Shown: piece after piece, positions 50,138-60,209 of the stretch
Position numbering within the stretch: position 1 is the first letter of the stretch
How the letters are laid out: each line of letters begins with the position of its first letter
Assembly: GCA_963772365.1 (NCBI GenBank)
Contig: CAVYXA010000001.1
Span: forward strand, 1,312,001 to 1,376,000
Reading direction: 5' to 3'
Length of the DNA: 64,000 nucleotides
DNA from: an uncultured Verrucomicrobiae bacterium
Lineage (GTDB): Bacteria > Verrucomicrobiota > Verrucomicrobiia > Chthoniobacterales > UBA10450
Made by a program: the position numbers and the translations under genes
The notes under the pieces: generated by a model
Told to the model about the DNA's origin: nothing
Database searches by the model: none
The model's input: only the letters and a program-made list of their open reading frames with translations

Positions 50138-50858
50138 TCCCAGGCGCGACCCCGAAAGCTTTCGGGGTTCGCGAAATCCGTATGACAGCTTCGTTGTGCG
50201 TAAGAAGCGATAAATTCAGCGGTTCAAAATTAGTTTGGCGACGGAACCAGGTCAACTGCCGTTTGGCATAGCGGCGGGTGGCCTGTTGAATCGCTGCCAC
50301 GCATTCCATCATCGACATTTTGCCCGCGATTAGTTCGCGAATCTCGCGCAGACCGATCATCTTCTCAGCTGTCGAGCTGAGTTCTCCGATCCCCCGTACT
50401 TCCTCGACCACGCCGCATTTGAACATCCTTTCCACTCGTGAATTGATTCGACGGTAAAGCTCTTCGCGGTCGCGGAAAACGAACACGCCTTTAGGATCGA
50501 CATCGGCTGCTTTCCAGTCGGAATCCAATCCGTGCGTCAGTGCCTTCACGTAAAGACCACTTCCGCCGACGACGAGCACAGCTTTACCGCGCGAGTGAAT
50601 GTCGTCGATCACAGGCAAAGCCATGCGCCGAAATTCGCCGGCATTCATGTTTTCGTTGAGCGGGACTGCTCCGACCAAGTGATGTCTCGTCATGCTCAAA
50701 ATCGCCGGGTCGGGTTTGGCGCTGAGAAGATCAAGGCCGGCATAGACTTGAAATGCGTCCACATTGATAATCTCGGCATTGATCTTCCGTGCCAGATCCG
50801 CAGCGATCTCGGACTTGCCGCTGGCGGTCGGACCCACAATGTAGAAATCGCCGGTCAT
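50130..50858 (-). CDS. miaA: tRNA dimethylallyltransferase, unusually short (242 aa)
   Basis: GPTASGKS, DAFQVY.GLD..SAKP, VGGSGLY, RINSRV, TRRYAKRQLTWFR; upstream of hflX. Confidence 0.9.
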   Translation of the reverse strand: MTGDFYIVGPTASGKSEIAADLARKINAEIINVDAFQVYAGLDLLSAKPDPAILSMTRHHLVGAVPLNENMNAGEFRRMALPVIDDIHSRGKAVLVVGGSGLYVKALTHGLDSDWKAADVDPKGVFVFRDREELYRRINSRVERMFKCGVVEEVRGIGELSSTAEKMIGLREIRELIAGKMSMMECVAAIQQATRRYAKRQLTWFRRQTNFEPLNLSLLTHNEAVIRISRTPKAFGVAPGND

Positions 50859-50882
50859 TCCTCATCCTTACTTGGAATGACA

Positions 50883-50921
50883 AATCGGGAGACGAGCGTT
50901 TTGACGCCGCGTCTCCCGATT
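50883..50921 (-). terminator. Hairpin after the RRM gene
   Basis: aatcgggagacg...cgtctcccgatt 12-bp stem, 20 nt after the stop. Confidence 0.55.
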
Positions 50922-50941
50922 GAATCCACTAATTGGTATTC

Positions 50942-51448
50942 TCAGTGCGATTGATGCTCGCTCGTCTTTGCTCCGCTTACGACGAGCTTGCGCCCGAGGA
51001 ATTCTTTGTCGTGCAATTCTTCCACTGCCCGTTTCGCTTCCTCAACTGTCTGCATCTGAACGAAAGCGAAACCTTTCGAGCGTTGGTTGTGGCGATAGCT
51101 CACTACCTCTGCGTTCTGGACGTGGCCTACGCCATTGAATAATTCGAACAGATCGCTCTCGGTGGCATCGAACGACAGATTGCCGACGTAGAGCCGCGGT
51201 GAAGTGACTTCAACTGGTTCCGGCTTGCGGACTGGCCGTGAGCCCTGTTCGCCATTGCGCCGTCCAGTGGTGACGGGTTTGCTGGTAGTCTTTTCGTTTC
51301 CTCCAAAGAACGCTACTACTCGCTGCCAGAATGTTTTCTTCGGCGCTCTGGATGGTCGTGCCTCGAACTGACGTGGACGACCGTCGCGCCGATATCGAGA
51401 GCCGCCGCGCGACCGGCGCGAGCGCTTCCCGTAGGAATGAGAGTTCAT
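50942..51448 (-). CDS. RRM-domain RNA-binding protein with Arg-rich N-terminus
   Basis: RNP2 LYVGNL and RNP1 KGFAFVQM. Confidence 0.9.
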   Translation of the reverse strand: MNSHSYGKRSRRSRGGSRYRRDGRPRQFEARPSRAPKKTFWQRVVAFFGGNEKTTSKPVTTGRRNGEQGSRPVRKPEPVEVTSPRLYVGNLSFDATESDLFELFNGVGHVQNAEVVSYRHNQRSKGFAFVQMQTVEEAKRAVEELHDKEFLGRKLVVSGAKTSEHQSH

Positions 51449-51743
51449 ATTGATCCTCAATGTTTACCCTGTGTTGTGATGGACGGAGCGCCCCAAATTT
51501 CGGGACACGGTCCAGGGCGCGCGGACCTCGGAAGGTCCATCGAGGCAAATTGGCACTGCGATTGTGGGGCGACGCCATTGGAAACTCCGTCTCGTTATGT
51601 CGGGAAGGGATTCGTCTCGAGCCGTCTACCACTACAGTGACCGAACGAAGCAGCGAAGATGCAAAAGACCGCATCATAATTTCAAAGCCTGGATCGTCGT
51701 TGGAGAGCGAACGGAATCGATCAAGATTCCCGACAACGCGCGT

Positions 51744-51772
51744 ATTATGGAGGAGAGGTCCTCTGAATGCAA
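51744..51772 (-). promoter_or_regulatory. Sigma70-type promoter ~295 bp upstream of the RRM gene
   Basis: TTGCAT-17 bp-CATAAT on the minus strand. Confidence 0.6.
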
Positions 51773-51827
51773 GTCGGCATTATTGAGGGGCAATAAGCAT
51801 CGATTTATTTCAACTGCGCGACGGCCT

Positions 51828-52841
51828 TTAGCGTCGAATCCAATCATCGCGAAGGGAATAAGCGCGTGATTTCAAATATTCGCGCGGTTTTTCACCACGA
51901 ACCGGTCTGGCAAAGTGGCGTAGCGAGCGTTCGCTCAACAATGGTTGATAGCCAAACTCCGGCATCAGATCCCGGCAGTGCCATTCCACCCACCCGATTT
52001 CATCCCGCGAAAGCTCACCTTGCCAGCGAGTTGCGGGTTCCGTGCTGATCTCGGAAAAACGGATTCGTGCCGCCGAATTGCCGCTCCAGAAGTTACCCAT
52101 TTTCGTCGGCCTCAGCACGGTTGCCGGATCAAATGTGATCTCGAGATAATCGCAGACTTTCTCCATCATTTTGGCCGGATTGGAGACTAACTCCTCATAC
52201 GGAACAACCAAGCCGGGCAGTTCCCCGGTGCGAATACGGTGAGCCAAGCGGGCGGCTACGCGCCAATGGGCAATGACGTAATAAGTCGAAAATCGACCGG
52301 TCTTGCGAGTTTTTTCCAGCGCGATTTGCGCCGCAAGAATGGCCCGCGGATCGCGCATCGTCACAACGATCTTGGCGCGCGGAAAACGTGTAAAGATTGC
52401 CGGGATGTGGTTGCGATTCGCCGGGGTCTTTTCTACCCAACGCCGAATCGTATCGAGCGGGCGTCCCAGCATGGCAGCGTATGCTTTGATCATCAGGACC
52501 AGCAAATCCTCCTGCGCGTTGGCAGGATCGAAGGCCGCGCTCTCAAATGTTTGCAAAAATTTCTCGCGTGGAAAATTCGCGTAACTGCGCTTGCCCCATT
52601 TGCAGGGGCCACCAAAGAGAACGTTCGACAGCGATTGTTTGGTCAGATACTCAAACTGCGCACGGCGCCCGTGCGGCGCGTACTTTGTGAGGACGGTCGG
52701 AAAATAGGCGGTCTCTTCCGGCAGCACGAGCAGTTGCGGATGGCTGTCGAGTAACGCAACGAGCAGCGTCGTGCCGGATTTGGCCTGGCCGGCAATAAAA
52801 CAGGCGCGCTGATTGAATGGCAGGACGTCAGTTAGATCCAT
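51828..52841 (-). CDS. Sulfotransferase family protein
   Basis: FIAGQAKSGTTLL..LDSHP, WVEKTP.N, RDPRAI, YEELV. Confidence 0.9.
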   Translation of the reverse strand: MDLTDVLPFNQRACFIAGQAKSGTTLLVALLDSHPQLLVLPEETAYFPTVLTKYAPHGRRAQFEYLTKQSLSNVLFGGPCKWGKRSYANFPREKFLQTFESAAFDPANAQEDLLVLMIKAYAAMLGRPLDTIRRWVEKTPANRNHIPAIFTRFPRAKIVVTMRDPRAILAAQIALEKTRKTGRFSTYYVIAHWRVAARLAHRIRTGELPGLVVPYEELVSNPAKMMEKVCDYLEITFDPATVLRPTKMGNFWSGNSAARIRFSEISTEPATRWQGELSRDEIGWVEWHCRDLMPEFGYQPLLSERSLRHFARPVRGEKPREYLKSRAYSLRDDWIRR

Positions 52842-52959
52842 TCAGCCGCTGAAAATAGCACAGAGAAAGAAATTTGTTGGCGTTTGCCGGCGAATCACAG
52901 TAAGATATGTGACAAATCCATTCGCCCCTACCGGAGTGAATCAAACTCAAAAACCATAA

Positions 52960-55259
52960 ATGAAGAAAAAATCCAGCAATCCAATCCGCGTTCTTTAATC
53001 TGCGAACCTTGTTCGGGTTCGTTGTTTGTCTCGCCGGTATTATACTGGCGCTATTCGCCTTCGGGCCAAATCCAGCCGGCTCGGCGTTGGCGCAGGGCTC
53101 ACGGCAGCCTAACGTCACTGCGGGGCCTGACATTATTCGCATGGTCGGTCCGGTCCGTCTCGACCAGGACTTGCGAAACGCTTCGTTACGTCGCGCCCAA
53201 GGAGGAATTCGAAGAGCGACGACTAATGCGCTATCCACACAATCGGGCAGTCAAGGCCCGTCAGACAGAATGCCGCCGGCTCTGACATACGTCCAGTCGC
53301 TCCTCAAAAGTATTTGGCGGCCGGCGCCCAGCATGCCGGGACCGATACTGACGTTTGAGGGGCAGGGCAATACATGCGGTTGTCAGCCGAGTGACACCGA
53401 CGGCGATATCGGGCCGAACCATTACGTCGAAGCGATCAACGAATCGATCAGGATCTTTGATAAAAGCGGCAACACTTTGTCGGGCCCGACCAGTTACAAT
53501 TCATTCTTTGCCGGCTTGGTTGGCACTCCTTGCGCTACCTCAAATGACGGAGACCCCTATGTTATCTATGATAAGGCCGCTGATCGCTGGATGATCAGCG
53601 ATTTCGCTTTTCCCTCTTTCCCCGGCAGCTTCATTCTACCAGTGCATCGGGGTGTCTCAGACCCCCGATCCGGTCGCGGCGGATGGTTCTTATATGCCAT
53701 ACAGGTCGATCCAGGCAACCCAACGTACCTGGGCGATTATCCTAAGTTCGCCTTGTGGAACTCTGGCGGAAGCCCAGCTCAAAACGCCTATTTCCTGACG
53801 ATGAACCTGTTTAGCAACAATACCACCTTCAACGGTGTGCGTGCCTATGCACTCGACCGCGCCAGCATGCTCGCTGGCGGTCCCGCGAACGCGATCGGCT
53901 TTACTCTCTCTGCGGCCGATGTGGGCGATCCTATAGCTTCGTCGCCGCGAACTATCGCACGGGCGATCCGCCGCCTGCAGGAAGGAATGAAATGGTGCTG
54001 GCCATCGATAGCCCGGCGAGTGGCGGGGTAACCTTGACCCAGGTCCACGCCCGCTTCTTTCATGTCGATTTTGTCAACCCGGCAAATTCGAACTTTCGGT
54101 CGTTGGAGCCAACCATGCGCCGAATGCCGAGATCACTGTTAGTGGATTCGTCGATGCTTTCACGAATACCACGAGCAATCTTGTGCCCCAACATGGGCAC
54201 TGCAACAAAGCTTGATACTTTAGGCGATAAGATCATGACGCCCGTTGTTTACCAGAACCTCGGCGGCACAGAGTCGCTGTGGGCTTCTCAGACCGTAATC
54301 GAGAATTACCCGAACGGGCCGACTGCAGTCCGTTGGTATCAATTCGATGTTACCGGCGGCAATTTCCCCGCCACCGCGGCGCAACAACAGAGTTGGGACA
54401 ACACTAGCGATGGCTTATGGCGCTGGATGCCCAGCATAGCCGTGGATGAAAATGGAAACACCGTCCTGGGTTATTCCACTTCCAGCACGACAATCTTCCC
54501 TTCTATCCGGTACGCTGGACGTCTCGCCAGTGACCCGGCAAATAATCTTGCGCAAGGAGAAGCCATCATGTTTGCGGGAGTCGGATTCCACAGTGGCACC
54601 CGTTGGGGTGATTATACCAGAACAGATGTCGATCCCTCCGATGGCATGTCCTTCTGGCATATCAACCAATATGCAAGCGGCACCTGGCACACACGAATCG
54701 GCAAATTCGCGTTCGCGCCGCAAGCGCCTGCCGTAACGTCGGCGGTCTCGCGCAAGACGCATGGGGGCGCCGGCACCTTCGACATCGCTCTGCCGCTTAC
54801 CGGCACCCCAGGCATCGAAGATCGCACCGGCGGCGCGACTAACGATTACACAATGGTGGTGACTTTCGTGAACCCAGTATCCGTCACTGGTACCCCACAA
54901 GCTGAGCTGACCGCAGTCACGGGCTGTGTGGGAAGGGAGGGGGTTGCAATGGCGGAGTAGTCAGTGTCGGCAGCAACATAGTGACGATTCGCGTTGTTAC
55001 CAACATTGCCGATGACCAGACAATCAATGTCCGGCTCAATGGGGTCAGTGATGGCATGGCCACAGATAACGTAGTCGTTCCCATGACTCGTAACGCCGGC
55101 GATACCGATGCCAACGGCACAGTAAATTCATCCGATGTTGCCCAGACGAAAGGGCAGGTTGGCCAGCCCGTTTCCGGGACGAATTTTCGGACGGATGTCA
55201 ATGCTAGCGGCGCCATCAACTCGACCGACGTCAGCGTAGTCAAACAGAATATTCCGTAA
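52960..55259 (+). CDS. Large secreted protein with C-terminal dockerin-like module; several frameshifts
   Basis: MKKKSS..AFFNLR signal region; PSDTDGDIGPNHYVEAIN; RWMPSIAVD; RWGDY; SAVSRKTHGGAGTFDI; GDTDANGTVNSSD..DVNASGAINSTD; pieces in ORFs 53009, 53992 and 54981. Confidence 0.8.
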
Positions 55260-55289
55260 CAGTAAACATTCCCATAATTAAGAGCAGGG

Positions 55290-55325
55290 CAAGGAACGAT
55301 GGTTCGCCATCGTTCCTTGTTTTGT
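55290..55325 (+). terminator. Rho-independent terminator
   Basis: caaggaacgatgg-ttcg-ccatcgttccttg followed by ttttg. Confidence 0.8.
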
Positions 55326-55408
55326 CTTGACTCTGCTCGCGGTCGATACAGATGATCGGGGCTTCTTATCCTCGGAGGGCCCGGACTATGCATTCTAAGA
55401 CTATCTCT

Positions 55409-56412
55409 ATGAACAGAACGTTCCCATTCATCCTGCTGCCACTTCTTTTTCTTTCGCCGATGCAATCTCGCGGTCAGCACATGGTGATGCAGCAACAGAC
55501 AGCGGGAATTACGATCGTTGATGAAAATGGTCGAGCCGGCAGTCAGCGGGACCCTCGAGAATCGGGAGTCAAATTTTTGATGTAACCGTTGGTCCGGGCG
55601 GGCAATTGATTTTTTCGCCAAATATGGTCGATATCTCGGTCGGAGATACTGTGCGGTGGACTTGGGCGAGCAGTTTTCACAGTGTCACCAGTGGACAGCC
55701 TTGCACAGCCGATTCCCAATTCTGCTCGCCCAATGACATGAATTGCAGCGCCGGTACGCTTTCTAACAGCGGCACCATTTACACGCATACTTTCACACAA
55801 CCCGGAACATATTCGTACTTCTGCGCTGCACACTGCTTCTCCGGGATGACCGGTATGGTCCACGTGACAGCCCAGGCGCTTCAGCTCACTTCTGCCGTCT
55901 CGCGAAAAACACACGGCGCGGCCGGTACCTTCGACATCAATCTTCCTCTCTCCGGCACAGTTGGCGTCGAATGTAGTCTGGGCGGCGGAACGGCGATTAC
56001 ACGTTGGTCGTGACTTCACCAACAATGTCACCAGTGGGAACGCTAGCAGTAACGAGCGGCTACCGGAACGTAGTCGGGATCACCAAGCTTCTCCGGCCAG
56101 ACTATGACGATCAATCTGACCGGCGTAATTAATATCCAAACCATCACCGTACTCTTAAGTGGTGTGATGGACGAATTTTCGCAGGTCCTGCCAGATACTT
56201 CGATCAACATAGGTATCCTTATAGGAGATGCTAATGGTAACCGGGCAGTGAGCGCTTCCGATGTGGCATTAACCAAAGCTCAAATCGGACAGGCCGTCAC
56301 CGGCACAAATTTCCGAGAGGACGTAAATGCGAATGGCTCAATCAACGGGAGCGATGCAGCCATCGTCAAATCGCACTCAGGAGAAGGGCTTGCTCTCCAG
56401 CTTCAATTCTAG
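55409..56412 (+). CDS. Secreted cupredoxin (plastocyanin-like) with the same dockerin-like tail; several frameshifts
   Basis: FSPNMVDISVGDTVRWTW..HSVT..PGTYSYFCAAHCFSGMTG; SAVSRKTHGAAGTFDI; GDANGNRAVSASD..DVNANGSINGSD. Confidence 0.8.
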
Positions 56413-57363
56413 CGACTGCCAAGCGTCGTCTCGAAACCATTCGATAAAACGCGGCAGCCCTTCGCTTAATCGGGTCGTCGGGTTATAGCCCAGCAGCTTT
56501 TTAGCTTTCGAAACATCGGCGCAAGTCAGTGGGACGTCTCCCGCCTGCTCAGGCAGCCGGTTGATTTTCGCCTTTTTCCCAAGTGTCTGCTCGATTGCCG
56601 CTATCAGATCTTTCAGCTGGATCGTTTCACTCTCACCCAGGTTAAAAATATCGAAAAGCGGGCCGTTGTAATCGAGCGCTGCCATAGTGCCCTGGATGAT
56701 GTCGTCGATGTAGGTGTAATCGCGTCGGGTCGTGCCATCACCAAATTGATCGATCGGCTGTCCAGCGTGAATTTTTCTCGTAAACTGATGTATCGCCAGA
56801 TCGGGACGCTGCCGAGGCCCATAAACAGTGAAATATCGCAGGGCGACCACCCGCATCTCATAAAGATGAGAAAACGTCGAGCATAAGAATTCCCCCGCGA
56901 TTTTTGTAGCCGCGTACGGACTGATCGTTTGAGTAAGATGCTGTTCCTCGGAAAATGGCACTTCTTTCGAGAGCCCATAAACCGATGAACTCGAGGCGAA
57001 AATTATCCGCTCCACTCCGGTGACATGGGCGGTTTCCAATAAGTGCAATGTCCCATCGACATTGGTATCGTAATAAAGCTGTGGATTTTGAATCGATGGC
57101 CGCACCCCGGCTCGCGCGGCCAGATGAGCAATCGCATCAAATTTTTCCGCGCGAAAAAGACTTCGGACCGCATCGGTATCCCGAAGATCGATATGGTGTA
57201 TCGCCGCGTCTTTAGCTATGCCGGCGATGTTTTCATGTTTGATTTGCGGATCGTAAAAATCGTTGAAGTCATCCAGGATCGACACCTGATGTCCGGCCCG
57301 AAGAAAGTTCTCGGCAAGGTGAGAACCGATGAACCCAGCGCCGCCAGTGACCAGAATTCGCAT
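56377..57363 (-). CDS. NAD-dependent epimerase/dehydratase (UDP-glucuronate 4-epimerase-like)
   Basis: TGGAGFIG, HLAARAGVRPS, ASSSSVYG, SPYAATK, RYFTVYGPRQRPDLA. Confidence 0.93.
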   Translation of the reverse strand: MRILVTGGAGFIGSHLAENFLRAGHQVSILDDFNDFYDPQIKHENIAGIAKDAAIHHIDLRDTDAVRSLFRAEKFDAIAHLAARAGVRPSIQNPQLYYDTNVDGTLHLLETAHVTGVERIIFASSSSVYGLSKEVPFSEEQHLTQTISPYAATKIAGEFLCSTFSHLYEMRVVALRYFTVYGPRQRPDLAIHQFTRKIHAGQPIDQFGDGTTRRDYTYIDDIIQGTMAALDYNGPLFDIFNLGESETIQLKDLIAAIEQTLGKKAKINRLPEQAGDVPLTCADVSKAKKLLGYNPTTRLSEGLPRFIEWFRDDAWQSLELKLESKPFS

Positions 57364-57369
57364 TTGTCG

Positions 57370-57398
57370 AGCCTAGTTTTGCAGCGCGCGATTGCCAA
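57370..57398 (-). promoter_or_regulatory. Putative promoter giving a leaderless epimerase mRNA
   Basis: TTGGCA-17 bp-TAGGCT, 6 nt before ATG 57363. Confidence 0.5.
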
Positions 57399-57547
57399 CT
57401 GCGTTTCACCCGCCCTTGGCCGATCCGAGACGGCGGCAGAAAACCCCGAAATTGATTGACAACCTATTTAATTCATTTACTTGCCTGCTGTGCCGGGACT
57501 GCTTTAACCTTTCCGCGCGCAACAACCCTTAAACCAACCAAATTTTT

Positions 57548-57826
57548 ATGGCCGAAAAATCTACCGAAGAAAAGGTCAAGGACATCATCGTTGAGCAGCT
57601 CGGCGTCAATCCCGAGCAAGTCACACCACAGGCTTCGTTTATTGAAGATCTGGGAGCAGACTCGCTTGATATTGTCGAACTTGTTATGGCCTTTGAAGAG
57701 GAATTTTCTGTGGAAGTGCCCGACGAAGACGCCGAGAAACTGCAGACAGTCGGCGATGTCATCAAATACATTCAAGAACGAGCGAAGCAACAGGGCGACG
57801 GCGGCGGTCCGGCCCCGCAATCTTGA
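57548..57826 (+). CDS. acpP: Acyl carrier protein
   Basis: [23 protein letters not shown], with a short C-terminal extension. Confidence 0.97.
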   Translation: MAEKSTEEKVKDIIVEQLGVNPEQVTPQASFIEDLGADSLDIVELVMAFEEEFSVEVPDEDAEKLQTVGDVIKYIQERAKQQGDGGGPAPQS

Positions 57827-57865
57827 GCAATTCTGCGGGCGCTAGCGCCGTGCATGCGGCAAACG

Positions 57866-59353
57866 TTAATACGAGTTCTGCAGCTCGTTAAACGCCTTAC
57901 CCAGATGGTCGAGTACGTCGCTGGCAAGCAAAGATTGCTCGCTGGCGCCGCCGTTGAAGATCGAAATCTCCGCTGCGCGAGCACAGACCCACGCTCCGAG
58001 CCGTGCCGCATCGTACAAGACCAGATTTTGGCCCACTAATCCGGCACACACTCCAGTGAGAACATCTCCCATTCCACCAGTGGCCATGCCCGGAGTTCCG
58101 GTGGTGTTATAACTCAACGGTCGCCCGCGCTCGGCTACAATCGTTCGGCTCCCTTTGAACAAAAGCGTAACTGGAAATTGGTCGCAGAAATTCTTAACAG
58201 TGCCCGCGCGGGACATCCGGCCGGTGTCGAGCAATCGTTTCATTTCCCCAGGATGCGGCGTGAGCAAACGAAAACCGCGGCAGTGTTTCAAGATGTCGAT
58301 CTTCTCCGCGAGCGCGTTCAATCCTTCGGCATCGACCACCATGGGCCGGTCGTCACGCTCGATCATCCGCAAGATGTCACTGTGTGATGCGCCCAGCCCG
58401 GGACCTATTGCCCAGATGTCGATGCTGCTCTCGTCTAGCAATGTCCGATAACTGCGCACTGGTTTTACCATTGCCTCCTGAGGTGCCGCCGACGCTACGA
58501 CTTCGTAGATTTCTTCAGGAACAAAAACGTCTACCAGGCCGGCGCCGGCACGCAACGCGCCTTGCGTGGTCATCAATGCCGCTCCGACAAATCCCTTTGA
58601 ACCCGCCACTACGCCGATTCGTTTGAATTGATTCTTGTACGCGCTGAATTTTCGCCGCGGCAAAAGCTCACGTAATGAATATGGCGCGCCCAGCATTTCA
58701 TTGCGCGCTCCTTCCGGAGGGGCAAGATCCGGCAACGGCACCACCTCAAGGCGCCCCACAATATCGAGGACATCGTCCTCAATTAGCCCATGTTTGGCGA
58801 AGCCGATGGTGACGGTGCAATCTGCCACGACGCAATCCGGGTCCGTTTCACCGGAATTGCCGTCGAGTCCGGTGGGAAGGTCGACAGCGAAGACAAACGC
58901 GTTTTCTTCACGTCTCATCCGGTTAATTTCAACGGCACAGGCGCGAATGGGCTCCCGCAAAAGCCGATCGGCTCCCAGACCAAGTAGTCCATCCAAGATA
59001 ATGGTCCGTGTCCGCAGGTAGCTACTAGCCGTCTCCACGCTTCCAGCGAGATCTTGCGCTTCCGTAAATTTCTTACGGGTATGTTCGCTACAATCGCTCT
59101 CATCAAATGCGAGCCGGATGTCGATCTTCCACCCCGCCCGTTTGAGGTGTCGCGCGGCGACGAGAGCATCGCCTCCATTATGACCTTTCCCGGCGAAAAC
59201 GATGCACCTGGCAGGCTTTGGGAAGAACTGGGAGACTGCGCGGGCTATGCCAGCCCCGGCCTGCTCCATTAATGATTCAACCTCAACACCGCGAGCGAAA
59301 GCTGCCTCTTCCGCATCACGCATCTGAGCTGCGCTTACGACCGGCGAATCCAA
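57866..59353 (-). CDS. nnr: Bifunctional NAD(P)HX epimerase/dehydratase
   Basis: LMEQAG, GKGHNGGDA, DLPTG; GAALM..ALRAGAGLV, GPGLG, LTPHPGE, ATGGMGDVLTG. Confidence 0.95.
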   Translation of the reverse strand: MDSPVVSAAQMRDAEEAAFARGVEVESLMEQAGAGIARAVSQFFPKPARCIVFAGKGHNGGDALVAARHLKRAGWKIDIRLAFDESDCSEHTRKKFTEAQDLAGSVETASSYLRTRTIILDGLLGLGADRLLREPIRACAVEINRMRREENAFVFAVDLPTGLDGNSGETDPDCVVADCTVTIGFAKHGLIEDDVLDIVGRLEVVPLPDLAPPEGARNEMLGAPYSLRELLPRRKFSAYKNQFKRIGVVAGSKGFVGAALMTTQGALRAGAGLVDVFVPEEIYEVVASAAPQEAMVKPVRSYRTLLDESSIDIWAIGPGLGASHSDILRMIERDDRPMVVDAEGLNALAEKIDILKHCRGFRLLTPHPGEMKRLLDTGRMSRAGTVKNFCDQFPVTLLFKGSRTIVAERGRPLSYNTTGTPGMATGGMGDVLTGVCAGLVGQNLVLYDAARLGAWVCARAAEISIFNGGASEQSLLASDVLDHLGKAFNELQNSY

Positions 59354-60208
59354 TCAATCCTCCGAACTTTTTTCGGTTCTGCTTTTCTTCGCGATTGTCT
59401 TGCTCGAACTCTTTGCTTTGCTGCTGTGCCTGTGGCTGGAAGTTGTTCTCCGCGTTCTCGATCTTTTTCTGCTCCGGTGCCGCGAGGCCGATTTGCTCTG
59501 ATGCCCCATATGAGTCTGGTCGATGTACGGCTGAAGCGGAATCGATCCAGCGGTGGCAGTGCGGGAGCTGCTAACCAGAGAACGGGAGCGGATTCCGAGC
59601 GCAATTTGTTCAGCCAACATTTGCCGATATTTCGCGCTTTGCGCATACTGTGCCTCCGTCGGATTCGTTAGAAATCCGCACTCGACCAACACAGCAGGAA
59701 TTCTCGTCCTTCGCAACACATAGTAACCGCGACGCCGCACTCCGCGATTGTCGGTTGGCGTCGCTCGGGTTAGATAATAATGGATCGCCGAAGCCAGCGG
59801 CAGGCTGTCCGAGCCATAAAAATAGGTTTCGACGCCGTTTGCACCGCGGCGCGAGGCGGCGTTGAAGTGAATACAAACGAAGATCGCGTCGCGATACGAA
59901 TTTGCTATTGCGACTCGCGTCGGCAACGGCACAAAGACATCCCGATTGCGCGTCATGACTGTGCGATAACCGCGCGCATTCAGAATGGCTTGAAGCCGCT
60001 GAGCCACATCTAGCGTCATCGTTTTTTCAGCGACGCGCTGTCGCGGTATACCGCCACGGTCATGACCTCCGTGGCCGGCATCGATCACGACGATCGTCGA
60101 AGGAGCGCTGTGAGAAGGGGTCGCGTGATGTGACGTTCGCGCGCAAACAACGGGTGTCATTGCCAGCCAGACGAGGAGGAACCCGAAATCGCGAAGTCCT
60201 TTTCGCAT
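59354..60208 (-). CDS. N-acetylmuramoyl-L-alanine amidase (Amidase_3) with basic tail
   Basis: IDAGHGGHD, EK, TR..D, IHFNA, VLVECGFLTN. Confidence 0.93.
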   Translation of the reverse strand: MRKGLRDFGFLLVWLAMTPVVCARTSHHATPSHSAPSTIVVIDAGHGGHDRGGIPRQRVAEKTMTLDVAQRLQAILNARGYRTVMTRNRDVFVPLPTRVAIANSYRDAIFVCIHFNAASRRGANGVETYFYGSDSLPLASAIHYYLTRATPTDNRGVRRRGYYVLRRTRIPAVLVECGFLTNPTEAQYAQSAKYRQMLAEQIALGIRSRSLVSSSRTATAGSIPLQPYIDQTHMGHQSKSASRHRSRKRSRTRRTTSSHRHSSKAKSSSKTIAKKSRTEKSSED

Positions 60209-60209
60209 C

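Noticed and set aside
56377..56412. 36-nt convergent overlap of the epimerase and cupredoxin genes
   Set aside because: Short tail overlap in an indel-prone region; no evidence of function.
59010..59045. Possible REP remnant in the nnr linker (gtggagacggct...gctac on the minus strand)
   Set aside because: Too short and degenerate; no complete inverted pair.
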